Assembly: GCA_951406725.2 (NCBI GenBank)
Contig: OX597833.1
Coordinates: forward strand, 6,882,001-6,946,000
Length of the DNA stretch: 64,000 bases
Direction of reading: 5' to 3'
Origin: Octopus vulgaris
Taxonomy: Eukaryota
The position numbers and the translations under genes were made by a program. The notes below the pieces were generated by a model that saw nothing but the letters and a program-made list of their open reading frames with translations, had not been told where the DNA came from and searched no databases. Shown in pieces: positions 26,989-39,038 of this stretch. Within the stretch, counting starts at the first letter, position 1; every line of letters starts with the position of its first letter.

Positions 26989-28664
26989 TAAAAAACTTAG
27001 ATAAAACTTAGATATGTTTCGACCAGAGATTGGTCCAGGCCATGTCTAACTTAATAGCACCACCTGATAGGATTATTCGAATCCTGTTTAAGTCAAGTTT
27101 TGTTCAAGTAGTGAGTTCTTGTTGGGTGAGTTGTATCCAGTTTTGTTCAAGTAGTGAGTTCTTGTTGGGGGAGTTGTATCCAATTATGGGTGGCTTGTCT
27201 GGTATTCTTTGAAGGAATCTATCCAGACTCTGTTTGAAGTTGATGGGATCCTTTTCCTCTTTGATCTCCCTCGGGACAATGTTAAATAGGACAGGGCCTG
27301 TTGAGGAAAAGAAATTATGTTGCAGTGTACATGTATGTTGTGATCTTGAATTTGGCAGGGGACGTATAGCCCGTGGTCCAAGTCTCGGATGAACCTTGAA
27401 GCTAATGTTTAGGTCGTTTGGGCAAAGTTGGCGGTATATTTTCCACATCGTACAAATGATGTACCGCTCACGGCGGCGCTGGAGGGAGTAAAGTTTCAAG
27501 GCTTTAAGGCGATCCCAATAGTCGAGAGCAGCCATGCCTTCAATTTGTTTAGTGAGAGCCCTCTGGGGTGACTCAATTCTGGAGATGTTTTGTCTTGTGT
27601 GAGGAGACCACAGTGGGCAGCAGTATTCAAGGTGTGGCCGTACAAAGGATGAAAAAAGTGGTATGATGACACCTTGTTCTCTGGACCGGAAAGTTCTTAA
27701 GATCCAGGAACTCATCCTACGAGCTGTATCGACCTTCTTGTTGATGTGTGCACTCCAACTGAGATCGTCATCAACAATTACACCCAGGTCTCTGATATTG
27801 TTAGAGGCTGTGAGCGGTTCCCCTGAAGGAAGAGAGTATGGTTGTTTTAGTGAGGAATTTCTTCCAAAATGCATCAGCTCAAATTTTCCCTCATTCAGTT
27901 GCATTTTGTTTCTGTCTGCCCATTGACTCACAGCATATAGGTCAGACTGGAGTTGAGTTTGGTCTGCTTCTTCATTGACGATTTGCTGGAGCTTAGTGTC
28001 ATCAGCGAATATTTTCACTTTGCAGTGATGTACGACACTGGAAAGGTCGTTTACATAAATTATGAAGAGTAGCGGACCCAAAACAGTTCCCTGGGGAACA
28101 CCGCTGGTGACTTTTGCTGGGTTTGAGTGGACTCCATCAACTACAACATGTTGTGTTCTATTCGCTAGGAAATACTGAATCCAGTGTAGAACTTTTCCAC
28201 GGATTCCAACATTTGCCAATTTTGAGAGTAGGATGTTATGGTCTACCCTGTCGAACGCTTTACTGAAGTCAAGGTATATGACGTCAGAGTTCGAACCTGT
28301 TCCCAAGGCTTTGAGTACATCTTCAATGTGGTGTAAGAGCTGTGTTAGACAGTCCCTGCCACAGCGAAAGCCATGTTGATTTGAATTTAGGAGTTTGTGG
28401 GTCTCCAGGAAGTCAGCTATCCTTGATCTTAACACTCTTTCAAACACTTTAATGATGTGGGAGGTGAGTGAGATTGGGCGATAGTTGACTGCGAGGGATC
28501 TGTTTCCCTGTTTGAAAACCGGGATGACCGACTGGGATAGAAACTTTTTCGGTATATAACCTGCGTCTAACGAGTTTCTCCAGAGGTTGGTCAGAGGGAC
28601 TGCAAGTTGATATCTACATTCCTTCAGGAGACTGGCGGGAAATCTATCAGGGCCTACAGCGGAG

Positions 28665-28666
<2 letters not shown>
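26989..28666 (-). mobile_element. 5'-truncated CR1-group LINE inserted in (TA)n
   Basis: Intact RT frame, short 3' UTR with stem-loop GACCA-ATCTC-TGGTC, (ATCTAAGTTTT)2 tail; TA repeats on both flanks. Confidence 0.93.
27104..28666 (-). CDS. LINE ORF2 reverse transcriptase, 5'-partial (520 aa, no start codon; endonuclease lost by truncation)
   Basis: Motifs GPD, NYRPISLTS, QHGFR, YLDFSKAFDRV, SGVPQGTVLGPLLF, FADD, RDLGV, RPHLEYC; frame stays open 73 codons upstream of the tracked ORF start. Confidence 0.95.
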
Positions 28667-28720
<54 letters not shown>

Positions 28721-28746
28721 TTATGTATGTATGCATGCATGTATTC

Positions 28747-28779
<33 letters not shown>

Positions 28780-28837
28780 TGTATGTATGTATGTATGTAT
28801 GTGTGTATGTATGTATGTATGTATGTATGTATGTATG

Positions 28838-28868
<31 letters not shown>

Positions 28869-29476
28869 GCATGTATAAAACCTGGTGTCAGTGTCAGACA
28901 TTAATTCAGTAGAGGGAGGTAAGTCATCTTCTGGCAATCTGATCACATGACCTACTTTTGAATAATCCGTTTCTTCTTTTTTTTTTAATATATATTTATT
29001 ATATTTTGTTTTGTTTTATAATCGTTATTAATAATTCTGGTCTTAATTCGTGAAACCTGATTTTGGTTGAAGGAAACATTCCCAGCATGCCACAGCCAAC
29101 TGAGTGGAACCAATAACAGAGTAAAAGAGTATATAATGGTCTCCCTCATCGACAATCCCAGCATGACCTCTCAGCATGACCTCTGCTGTAATGACTTAAA
29201 CAGTATAAAGTGCCAAGTAAGTATTGGTCATAGTGCATACAGCTTTAACGACGGTGGTGTTAAATTTGATACAGACCCAGTACATTACTGGTATTCATTT
29301 TACAGACCTCACACTGATTAAAGGTAAAGCCGACCTCGGTGGAATTTGAACTCAGAACGTTAAGCATTTGGTCCTGCGTGCTAACGATTCTGCCAGCTCG
29401 CTGCCTTACTACGATGATGATGGTGATGATGATGATGGTGATGATGATGATGATGATGATGATGATGGTGATGGTG

Positions 29477-29508
<32 letters not shown>

Positions 29509-29602
29509 GATGATGATGACGACGACGACGACGATGATGATAATAACGATGATGGCGATGATAATGATGATGAAGTACAACTTTAAAGTAAGAGAAGGAT
29601 TC

Positions 29603-29988
29603 ATTCTTTCTACTCTAGGCACAAGGGGAAGGGGTCAGTCGATTAGATTGGCCGCAGTGTTTCACTGGTACTTAATTTATCGACCCCGAAAGGATGAAAG
29701 GTAAAGTGGTCCTCGGCTGAATTTGAACTCAGAACATAAAAACAGGTGAAATACCTATTTCTTTACTACCCACGAGGGGCTAAACACAGAGGGGACAAAC
29801 AAGGACAGACATAGGTATTAAGTCGATTACATCGACCCCAGTGCGTAACTGGTACTTAATTTATCGACCCCGAAAGGATGAAGGGTAAAGTCGACCTCGG
29901 CGGAATTTGAACTCAGAACGTAACGGCAGACGAAATACGGCCACGCATTTCGCCCGGCGTGCTAACGTTTCTGCCAGCTCGTTGCCTT
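29603..29988 (-). mobile_element. Head-to-tail family C dimer (type-1 tail copy 29753-29988 joined to headless type-2 tail copy 29603-29752)
   Basis: Two C cores in tandem, joined at GAAATACC. Confidence 0.88.
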
Positions 29989-30139
29989 ATTATGATGATG
30001 ATGATGGTGGTGATGGTGGTGGTGGTGGTGGTGGTGGTGGTGGTGGTGGTGGTGGTGGTGGTTTTGATGGTGATGGTGGTGGTTGTGGTGGCGGCAGCGG
30101 CGGTGGCGGCGACGACGATGATGAGGACGATGATGAACT

Positions 30140-30800
30140 TGAAGTAACAGAAAGACTCAGTGTGACTGCCCAGAGCCAGTCATTGTGGACGAATATCTTT
30201 AAGGCCAAAATAGACAAATCCTTGGAAAGCGCAAAGTGCAGAGTGTGTAATGAGAAAGTGGAATCCGTTATGCACGTAATAAGTTCCTGTAGTCGTTTGG
30301 CACAGAAGGAATATAGACGCAGATAAGAGTGTGTGACGAAGACACTACACTGGGACATATTACGGCAAAGAGGATTAAAAGTAGGAAGAAAATGGTATCA
30401 GCATCAACCAGAAAGTGTAAAAAAGAGAACGACCGGCAAAAGATCGTATGGGATTTTAATGTGCAGCCTGATAACGAAGTTCATGCAAGGCGACCAGACA
30501 TTGTGGTTCTGGACAGGGGAAAAAGAGTGTGTCATCATAGATCTGCGGACATGAATGTAGCGGTCAAAGAAGAGGAGAAAACAGGGAAATACCAGGATTT
30601 GGTCAAGGAAATGCAAAAGCGGTCGAGGGTTTCTACAAAAGTAATCCCAGATGTTTTCGTGGGCACACTTAAATACTATGGCCAAATACTAGGAACCCCC
30701 AAGGTATCAGTGCTACAAAACAGGACCAGTGTTCCTTAGAATTTGTACCTGTTGAATTCTAAGATTCGTTCCATTCCACTTGCAGATATTGCCACGTGAC
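30140..30800 (+). mobile_element. Decayed R4/Dong-type non-LTR retrotransposon (CCHC plus RLE) 3' part
   Basis: AQSQSLWTN..KAKID....KCRVCNEKVESVMHVISSCSRLAQKEYRRR; LHW...KWYQHQPE; KIVWDFNVQPD....ARRPDIVV; KEEEKTGKYQDL. Confidence 0.9.
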
Positions 30801-31434
30801 TGTATCGAAGACCAGCAGAAAGAAGAAAAAAACCCCTAAAGCCGTTACTCAGAATTACGATGTAATTTGACACATGTAACACCTTTTTACATTCAAATTA
30901 GAGACATCTTGGTTTCAGGAGAATTTAAAGGGCTTCCTCCATCACCCGATTTAACTCCAACTCCCACATTCCATAGAGTATCTTCAGTGGATTTCATTCA
31001 GTTGCAAGCATTCAGACCAAATCTCCAAACTGAGGATATTTTCCGCTTTTACTCCGAGTAGTCGCAGGGCAGCTACCCCCATTAAAGGGGTCAGGGTGTT
31101 GCCCTTTCTCCTCTGATTTAGTGATTAACAAAAAAAAGTAATTCCTGAAAACGAGATGAAACCACGTGACCGGATAAATGAAATCTTCCTGGTGTGAAGT
31201 GAACGCACATGCTAGGTGTCCGCCGCTCGTTAATCCAACCGGATATCACATCTCTCCCTCTACACTGATGAGCACGTGTCTTACGTCTTCACTTCCGTCG
31301 GGCTCACACATACAGAAATATGCCCATACACGCACATATATGTGTGTGTATATATATGCATATATACATGTGTGTATATGTATAAGTATATGTATGTATA
31401 TATATATATGTGTGTGTGTGTATGTGTGTGTATG

Positions 31435-31485
<51 letters not shown>

Positions 31486-31925
31486 GTATATTATATATAT
31501 ACACACACACACGCGCAAACATATATAAACGAATCCATAAACACGCATATATATATATACACACTCACACACACACGTGTGTTTGTGCACGCGTCTATAT
31601 AAACACAAACATATACATAAAGCCAGGCATACACACCGTTCATTCATATGTACAAACACACGCATAAGTATACAACTACATACATAAACACAAACGTTCG
31701 TACACACACACGCACCTATTCAGAAATACACACAACATACATAAATATACACACATAAAAAACACCCATGTGTATAACATACGAATAAGGTATAGATATT
31801 TATAAACACACACGTACACACAAATACATGAATGCATACACACACACACACACACACGTACATAGATAAATACAAATATTAGCACACATACATAAATACA
31901 CTCACTACATAAGCAAGTACATATA

Positions 31926-32138
31926 CAGTAATCCTATCGCGGTTCACCTATCGCGGTTTATTATTTAAGCTTACGTCGATTCTTCCGTGGTGTTGTTTTG
32001 CATTTATAATCAAATAAATATATACAAATTATAAAAATAATGGAAAAAATATACGGTACACTATTATTTCTACTTCGCGGATTTTCATATATCGCGTGAG
32101 GTTTTGGACCGTAACACCCGCGATAATCGAGGGATTAC

Positions 32139-32140
<2 letters not shown>
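31926..32140. mobile_element. pogo/Tigger-type MITE
   Basis: Termini CAGTAATCC...GGATTACTG, preceded by TA; subterminal TATCGCGG / CCGCGATA. Confidence 0.8.
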
Positions 32141-32191
<51 letters not shown>

Positions 32192-32278
32192 GCATAGACA
32201 TCATGTATAAACACACAGGCAAAAATAGAAACCCATATACATATATAAGCACGTACACACATAGACACCTATATAAAT

Positions 32279-33170
32279 ATACGGAGTGCGTCCACAGAAT
32301 ATCCGACCTTTGGACATAAAAAAAAACAATTTTATCTAATCACCTTCACAATACCTATCATCCCTGGGAATTCACATACTTCTCCTATCGTTTCTGCCTC
32401 TGTTGGTAACACCTCTGGAACTCCTTCTCTGGAATGCTGTGGAGCTCCGCCGTCAATTTTGCCATAATATCCTCTCGCGACTTAAACTGCTTCCCTTTCT
32501 GCGTGGTTTTCAATTTGAGAAAAGGCCAGGAGTCACACGGTGCCGAGTCGGGAGAATAGGGAGCCTGTCGAAGAAGTAGTGTGTGGTTCTTGACCAGGAG
32601 AGTAAAACAACCCTGTAGTCACGAAAGACCATGAGATTGCGCCTAGAAAGTTCTCTTCTGTGGCACAAATCCGAGCAAGGTTGTTTTTATGGAAGACCAG
32701 CTGTCGCCCATGCATATCAGCCTCCCGCTCCACTCAACTGATGTTATCCAAAGGAAAAGGCAAAGAGGCCGATACAGCTTGGCACCTGTGACGTCGCAAC
32801 TCATTTCTACAGCTGAGCGAACTGGAGCAACGTGAAATAAAGTGTCTTACTCAAGAACACAACACACAGCCTGGTCTGGGAAACGAACTCACGACTTCAT
32901 GATTAAAAACCCGGACGCTCTAGGATTATGTCGACGGAATGGGCAGACGCATTGCCGTTGAGGAGTTGTCACTTCTTCGCTTTGGGGGGGGGGGGCCCGT
33001 GAAGACGGATGCTTCCACTGAGAAAACGGGAACTTAGTTTCCGGGTTGTAACCGTAAACCCGTGTGCCAACCCCAGTGAGGATGGTCTTCATGAAGTCTG
33101 GGTCGGGGTTTGCACAGTCCAGCATGTCCTGAGCGATTTCCATGCGGAGATCTTTCCAGTGACTTAAACC
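32279..33170 (-). pseudogene. Decayed mariner (Tc1/mariner) transposase, interrupted by SINE E
   Basis: DPDFMKTILTG.GTRVYGYNPETK...SQWKHPSS (cf. TGDETWVYGYDPETK) and QAPYSPDSAPCD..PF.KLK...KGKQF (cf. YSPDLAPCDF); TIR-like TACGGAGTGCGTCCACAGAATATCCGACC at 32279. Confidence 0.88.
32750..32925 (-). mobile_element. SINE family E
   Basis: CTCATTTCTACAGCTGAG..AACTGGAGCAACGTGAAATAAAGTGTCTTACTCAAG is the reverse complement of the E domain. Confidence 0.82.
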
Positions 33171-33253
33171 AAAAACATTAACGTTACATAAACACACCCA
33201 CAGGTACATTAACAAATACACACACACACACACACACATACACACACATATAT

Positions 33254-33328
<75 letters not shown>

Positions 33329-33344
33329 CATATGCATAAGCAAA

Positions 33345-33540
33345 GGCTTTTGCATGGTCGCTCGAACCGCTAGCAACAGCAGCCAAATCTCCTCAAAGCA
33401 CAACCTGCCATTAGAAAAAAGACGTTAAATTATTTAGTCCTACATGAAAAAAGGAATATGGGGGTGGTCACGGCTGGAATGACGTTGATCAGAAGTAAGC
33501 TCGATCAGGACTGACCTGGGGCTAAACAACAAAAACAATA
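33345..33540 (+). mobile_element. SINE-like family D
   Basis: GGTCGCTCGA..GCTAG.AA.AGCAGCCAAATCTC...GACCTGGGGCTAAACAACAA; an inverted, decayed copy at 44830-45420 is split by a B insertion. Confidence 0.65.
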
Positions 33541-33699
33541 ACAGACACATACACACTAATGCACTCATTCACACACATGTACCCACCAAAACACACAGCA
33601 ACATACACAAACATACACACGTATCACAAAACACACGCATTCTTAGTAACATACACATTAACACACGCTCGCCCAGCTTATACACACACACACACACAA

Positions 33700-34075
33700 A
33701 CACACCCACCGACGCAGTTACTACGACACACCTACATAAATACACACATACATATACTCGAAAAGATGCACATGCACACAAATACACACACACACACACA
33801 CACATACACACACAAGCACATACACACGCACACACATACACACACACACATACACAAACACAAACACACCCACCGACGCAGTTACTACGACACACCTACA
33901 TAAATACACACATACATATACTCGAAAAGATGCACATGCACACAAATACACACACACACACATACACACACACAAGCACACACACACACGCACACACATA
34001 CACACACACACATACACAAACACACACACACACACCGACGCAAATACTACAAAACACCTACATAAATACACACTA
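33700..34075. repeat. ~163-bp higher-order tandem repeat within a (CA)-rich tract (about 2.3 copies)
   Basis: CCGACGCA..TACTAC.A.ACACCTACATAAATACACAC at 33709, 33873 and 34035. Confidence 0.9.
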
Positions 34076-34187
34076 ACACACACACATACATCAGAGCACA
34101 GGCACACACATCAACACACTCACGTACACTCATATACCCCAACACACACGCGCACACACACACTCATGCACACGCACGCACGCACAG

Positions 34188-34239
<52 letters not shown>

Positions 34240-34885
34240 CAACATCTGTGTAACTAAAGGTAAAAAGAAAACATAACAACAACAAAATCAACAAAACAAA
34301 TCTGGAAATAATTAAAGTGAAAAAAAACGGAAATTATGGAGATTGGTGAGCGGAAGAGGAGAGGGCGGAGGAAGAGGAGGAGGAAGAAGATGCACCCTCG
34401 TTTTCTTCCCTTTTGCGTCCTTATCCTCCTCTTCCTTTTCTAAATCATCATCATCATCATCGTCATCATTATCATCATCCCCACAGCAACAACCACCATC
34501 ATCATCAGCACCATCACAACCACCACCACCACCACCGTTGCCACCACTTTCATCCATGTCATTATTATTCCCGCCAGCGATCACCACCGCCGCCGCCGAC
34601 GCCGCCAACACCACTATCACCATCATCATCACCATCACCCTCACTGGCATTATCATCATTATTCTCCTCCTGATCTTCATTATCATCCGAATCCCCGTTA
34701 TCATCACCGTCATTATCCTCATCATCATTATCATCATCATCATCATCATCATCATCGTCCCCCTCGTCCTCCTCCTCCTCATCATCATCATCATACCAAA
34801 TACATCCTTATATTCATACTCAGCCTCTTCACTCTTCTCCCAAACGAGCTTTTACTCCGTTAGATCAATGCAAATATGAATGCAC

Positions 34886-34929
<44 letters not shown>

Positions 34930-35720
34930 GAGGAGGAGGAGGAGGAGGAGGAGGAGGAGGAGGAGGAGGAGGGGGAGGAGGAGGGGGAGGAGGAGGAGGA
35001 GGAAGAGGAGGAGGAGGAGGAGGAGGAGGAGGAGGAGGAGGAGGAAGAGGAGAAGGAGTATAAGTAGGAGCGAGAGGAGGTGGTGGTGGTGGTAATGATT
35101 TCGTCGTGACCTAACCTGTAGAAGCGGTGGTGTTAGTGGTGTTAGTACTGATCTTGGTAGCAGTACTATTTGTTGTGATGGTATAATGGTACAGATAGTG
35201 ACATTGGTTGTGGTGATGGTGGCGGTGGTAGTTGTAGTGGTGGTATGGTAACAGGCATAACAGTGTTGGCAGTGGTTTTGTCAGTGGCCATTGTCTTGCA
35301 AGCCAGAATAGCAGATCGAGTGGTGATGTGTGGAGACCGTTGTCTAATAAATTGGTTCTGCGATGCTAGTAGGAAACTGACGGTTCCAGACTAATCTACC
35401 GGACAAAGATTTCGGCCGGTTTTAGAAAGACAGACAGACAGACAGAGAGACCCTCTACTGCGCATGTGCAGCAGAACCTGATAAACATGTCAATATTCGG
35501 GTCAACATTCTTGACGGATGGTTCCTCTCACTTGCAGACAGGAAGATAACGAGGGATCGTTTATGATGAAGAAGGAAACAGGGAAAGGAAATGGTATTTG
35601 CGAATGAAAAAGATACGGAGATGGAATATGTACGTGTGTGTGTGTATATATATATGCATATATATATATGTGTGTGTGTTCGTGTGTGTGTGTGTATGCA
35701 TGTACACATATATATGCACA

Positions 35721-35769
<49 letters not shown>

Positions 35770-36104
35770 TATATGCACACATATATGTATGTATATGCAT
35801 ATATACATATGTGTATATTTATATGCATGTGTGTGCATGTTTTTGTATATGTACATATATTCATATTTATACGTGCGAGTGTGTGTGTGTGTGTATATAT
35901 ATAAACATATATACATGCATGTACACGTCTATGTGTATATGTATACATATAAATAAATATATTTACATATATATAGACATATACATAAATATATAAATAA
36001 AATATGAATATATATGTATGTATATATATATAAGATCTATATATGTACATATATTTATATATATACTCATATATACATTTATATATATAAATATATATAT
36101 ACGT

Positions 36105-36481
36105 GGCATTCCGTCGGTTACGACGACGAGGGTTCCAGTTGATCCGATCAACGGAACAGCCTGCTCGTGAAATTAATGTGCAAGTGGCTGAGCACTCCAC
36201 AGACACGTGTATCCTTAACGTAGTTCTTGGGGAGATTCAGCGTGACACAGTGTGTGACAAGGCTGGTCCTTTAAAATACAGGTACAACAGAAATAGGAAG
36301 AAAGAGCGGGAGAATGTTGTGGTGAAAGAATACAGCAGAGTGTGCCACCACCACCCCTTGCGGTGCCTTGTGGAACTTTAGGTGTTTTCGCTCAATAAAC
36401 ACTCACAACGCCCGTCTGAGAATCGAAACCGCGATCCTACGACCAGGAGTCCGCTGCCCTAACCACTGGGCCATTGCACCT
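36105..36481 (-). mobile_element. SINE family A
   Basis: Reverse complement of 581-967. Confidence 0.92.
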
Positions 36482-36538
36482 ACATCCACTATACATATGT
36501 GAGTGGATTTGGTATTCGGAAACTGAAAGAAGCCCGTC

Positions 36539-36587
<49 letters not shown>

Positions 36588-36687
36588 AAGTTAATCCAAA
36601 CAAGAAAGCACAAAAGAACACAACAACGCGAGGACGTGGAACAAATATAGTATTATTGGACGCTGAGGAAGGAAGGGAAGAAGGAGG

Positions 36688-36722
36688 GTTTAACGTTTCG
36701 AGCGGAGCTCTTCGTCGGAAAC
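36688..36722 (-). ncRNA. Minimal hammerhead-like motif (Penelope type), U4>C
   Basis: Minus strand GTTT CCGACGA A GAGC TCC GCTC GAAA CGT T AAAC: 4-bp stem I, 4-bp stem II, ACGT palindrome; lies in a ~145-bp island between TA tracts. Confidence 0.6.
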
Positions 36723-36929
36723 ATAGGAGAAATATATATATGCACATACATACATATATACACGCATGAATGCATATGCGTGTATACATATGCATACATA
36801 TCTGTTTCGTTATACATGCACACACACTCACACAAAGGCACACACACACACATGCATGTGTGTGTGTGTGTATGTGTATATACACACACAAATCTGAACA
36901 AAACTATGTTGGAAATATAGAAAGAATAA

Positions 36930-37024
36930 CTGAATGAAACTATGGAAGAAGGATATAAAGAAAGAAAGAAAGAAAGAAAGGAAGGAAGGAAGACAGAAGA
37001 AAGAAAGAAAGGAAGGAAGAAGGA

Positions 37025-37056
<32 letters not shown>

Positions 37057-37285
37057 AATGATGGAATGATGAAGGAAAGAAAGAAAGAAAGAATAAGAAA
37101 TAAAGGAAAAAAGAAAGAAAGGAAAAAAGAAAGAAAGGAAGGAAGAAGGAAAGAAAGAAAGAAAGAAAGAAAGAAAGAAATGATGGAATGATGAAGGAAA
37201 GAAAGAAAGAAAGAATAAGAAATAAAGGAAAAAAGAAAGAAAGGAAAAGAGAAAGAAAGGAGGTAGGAAAGAAGGAAACAAGGAA
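36930..37285. repeat. (GAAA/GGAA)n purine tract with ~122-bp duplication
   Basis: AATGATGGAATGATGAAGGAAAG at 37057 and 37179. Confidence 0.95.
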
Positions 37286-37775
37286 GATCGGAGAGGATAA
37301 GAGTCATTCACAGTTTTCTGAATGAAATAACGACCCTTTATGTCGTCTGTTCCATTATTTGCAACATAGAGCAACAAGATGGCGGTTTTATGAAAGAAAT
37401 AACAAGAAAATGACATCATTGTGTATGATGGTTGGGGGGGGGGAGAAAGAGAGAGAGATAGATAGGGGAATAGTGAGGAGGAGGGGGAAGAGAGTGGGGG
37501 GTTAGACACACAGACAGACAGGTAGAGAGATGCGGAGATAGATAAAAAGAATTGAGACAATGACTAAATAATATGCATTACATGACTACATCTTATAACA
37601 ATTGTCTTGTATGACGTGTTGGTCACGTGATATCTTTGTCATGGTGAAACAGTTGATGATGGAGATAGGTCTTAGATTAATTGTTTATACATATATATGT
37701 ATATATATATATATATATATATGAGTGTATACGTGATTAGTATATACATATGTGGAAGTATGTACAATATACGTG

Positions 37776-37892
<117 letters not shown>

Positions 37893-38439
37893 ATATATAT
37901 AGGTTTAAGTGAGGTCGTGAGTGGGGCTACGTGTTCCGTGTAGGAAGTCTTTTCCTTATGAATATAAATATCTTCCTGATTGTTTGCATGTAGAGAAATG
38001 TACGTGGGTGACTGGCTTATCTTTTGTCTGTCACTTGGTATGTATAATTACCCCATGTACATGTATATACGCACACATAGTATATATACATATATGCATA
38101 TATATTCTTACAAAGACACATGTATATGTGCTTATGAAGGTATATATGTATGTGTGTATATATATAAATATATATATAATGCGTGTGTATGTGCATATAT
38201 GTAGATATGTTTACATATATATATATGTGTGTATATATACATATATATATATATATGTAAATATATGTGCATATATATATACATGAATATGTGTATATAT
38301 GTGTATATATGTGTATATGTACGTGCAAATATAGAACAACACTAGCTGTGATACTGTTCCTCAAAAACTAATCTAAAGAAACTGTGTGTTAAAAGCACAA
38401 AGGTTGCTCGAAATGACATCAGCATATTAACAGACTTGA

Positions 38440-38475
38440 TGTAGACGTTTCGACTTGATTTAGACTCCTCAGTGC
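38440..38475 (-). ncRNA. Degenerate minimal hammerhead-like motif
   Basis: Minus strand GCA CTGAGGA GTCT AAATCA AGTC GAAA CGTC TAC: intact core and GUC triplet, one mismatch each in stems I and II. Confidence 0.45.
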
Positions 38476-38819
38476 CGAATACACCCGGTCAGTTTGAGCT
38501 AAGTGGGAAATTCGGTGAACAGACATTCATTGACTTGTACGTTTGATATATTAGTTTCAAATTTTGGCTCAAGTCCAGCAATTTCGGGGTAGAGGTAAGT
38601 TAATTACATCGACCCCAGTGCACAACTGTTATTTATTTTACAGATCCCGAAGGGATCAAAGACAAAATCGACCGCTGCGGAATCTGAGCAGAGAACGTAA
38701 AGACAGACGGAATGCCACTCCTCTCGCTGCATTGTACATGTGCGTGTATATGTACTTGCTTATGTATAGGTATATATGTATGTAAATATAAGCTATTATA
38801 TATATATGTGTGTGTGTGT

Positions 38820-39038
38820 AAGACGGTGAGCGAGCAGAACCGTTAACCGCTGGACGAAATGCTTAGCGGTATTTCGCCCATCGCTACGTTCTGAGTTCAA
38901 GTTCCGCCGACGTCCACTTTACCTTTCGTCCTTTCGGGGTCAATAAATTAAGTACCAGTTGCGTACTGGGGTCGACGTAATCGTCTTATCCCTTCCCCAC
39001 AAAATTTCAGGTCTTGTGTCTATAGAGAAAAGGATTAT
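38820..39038 (+). mobile_element. SINE family C (tail type 2)
   Basis: C head and core plus AAATTTCAGGTCTTGTG.CTATAG..AAAGGATTAT. Confidence 0.88.

Noticed and set aside
28901-28925. CAG|TAGAGGGAG|GTAAGT possible microexon
   Set aside because: No polypyrimidine tract and no host gene context
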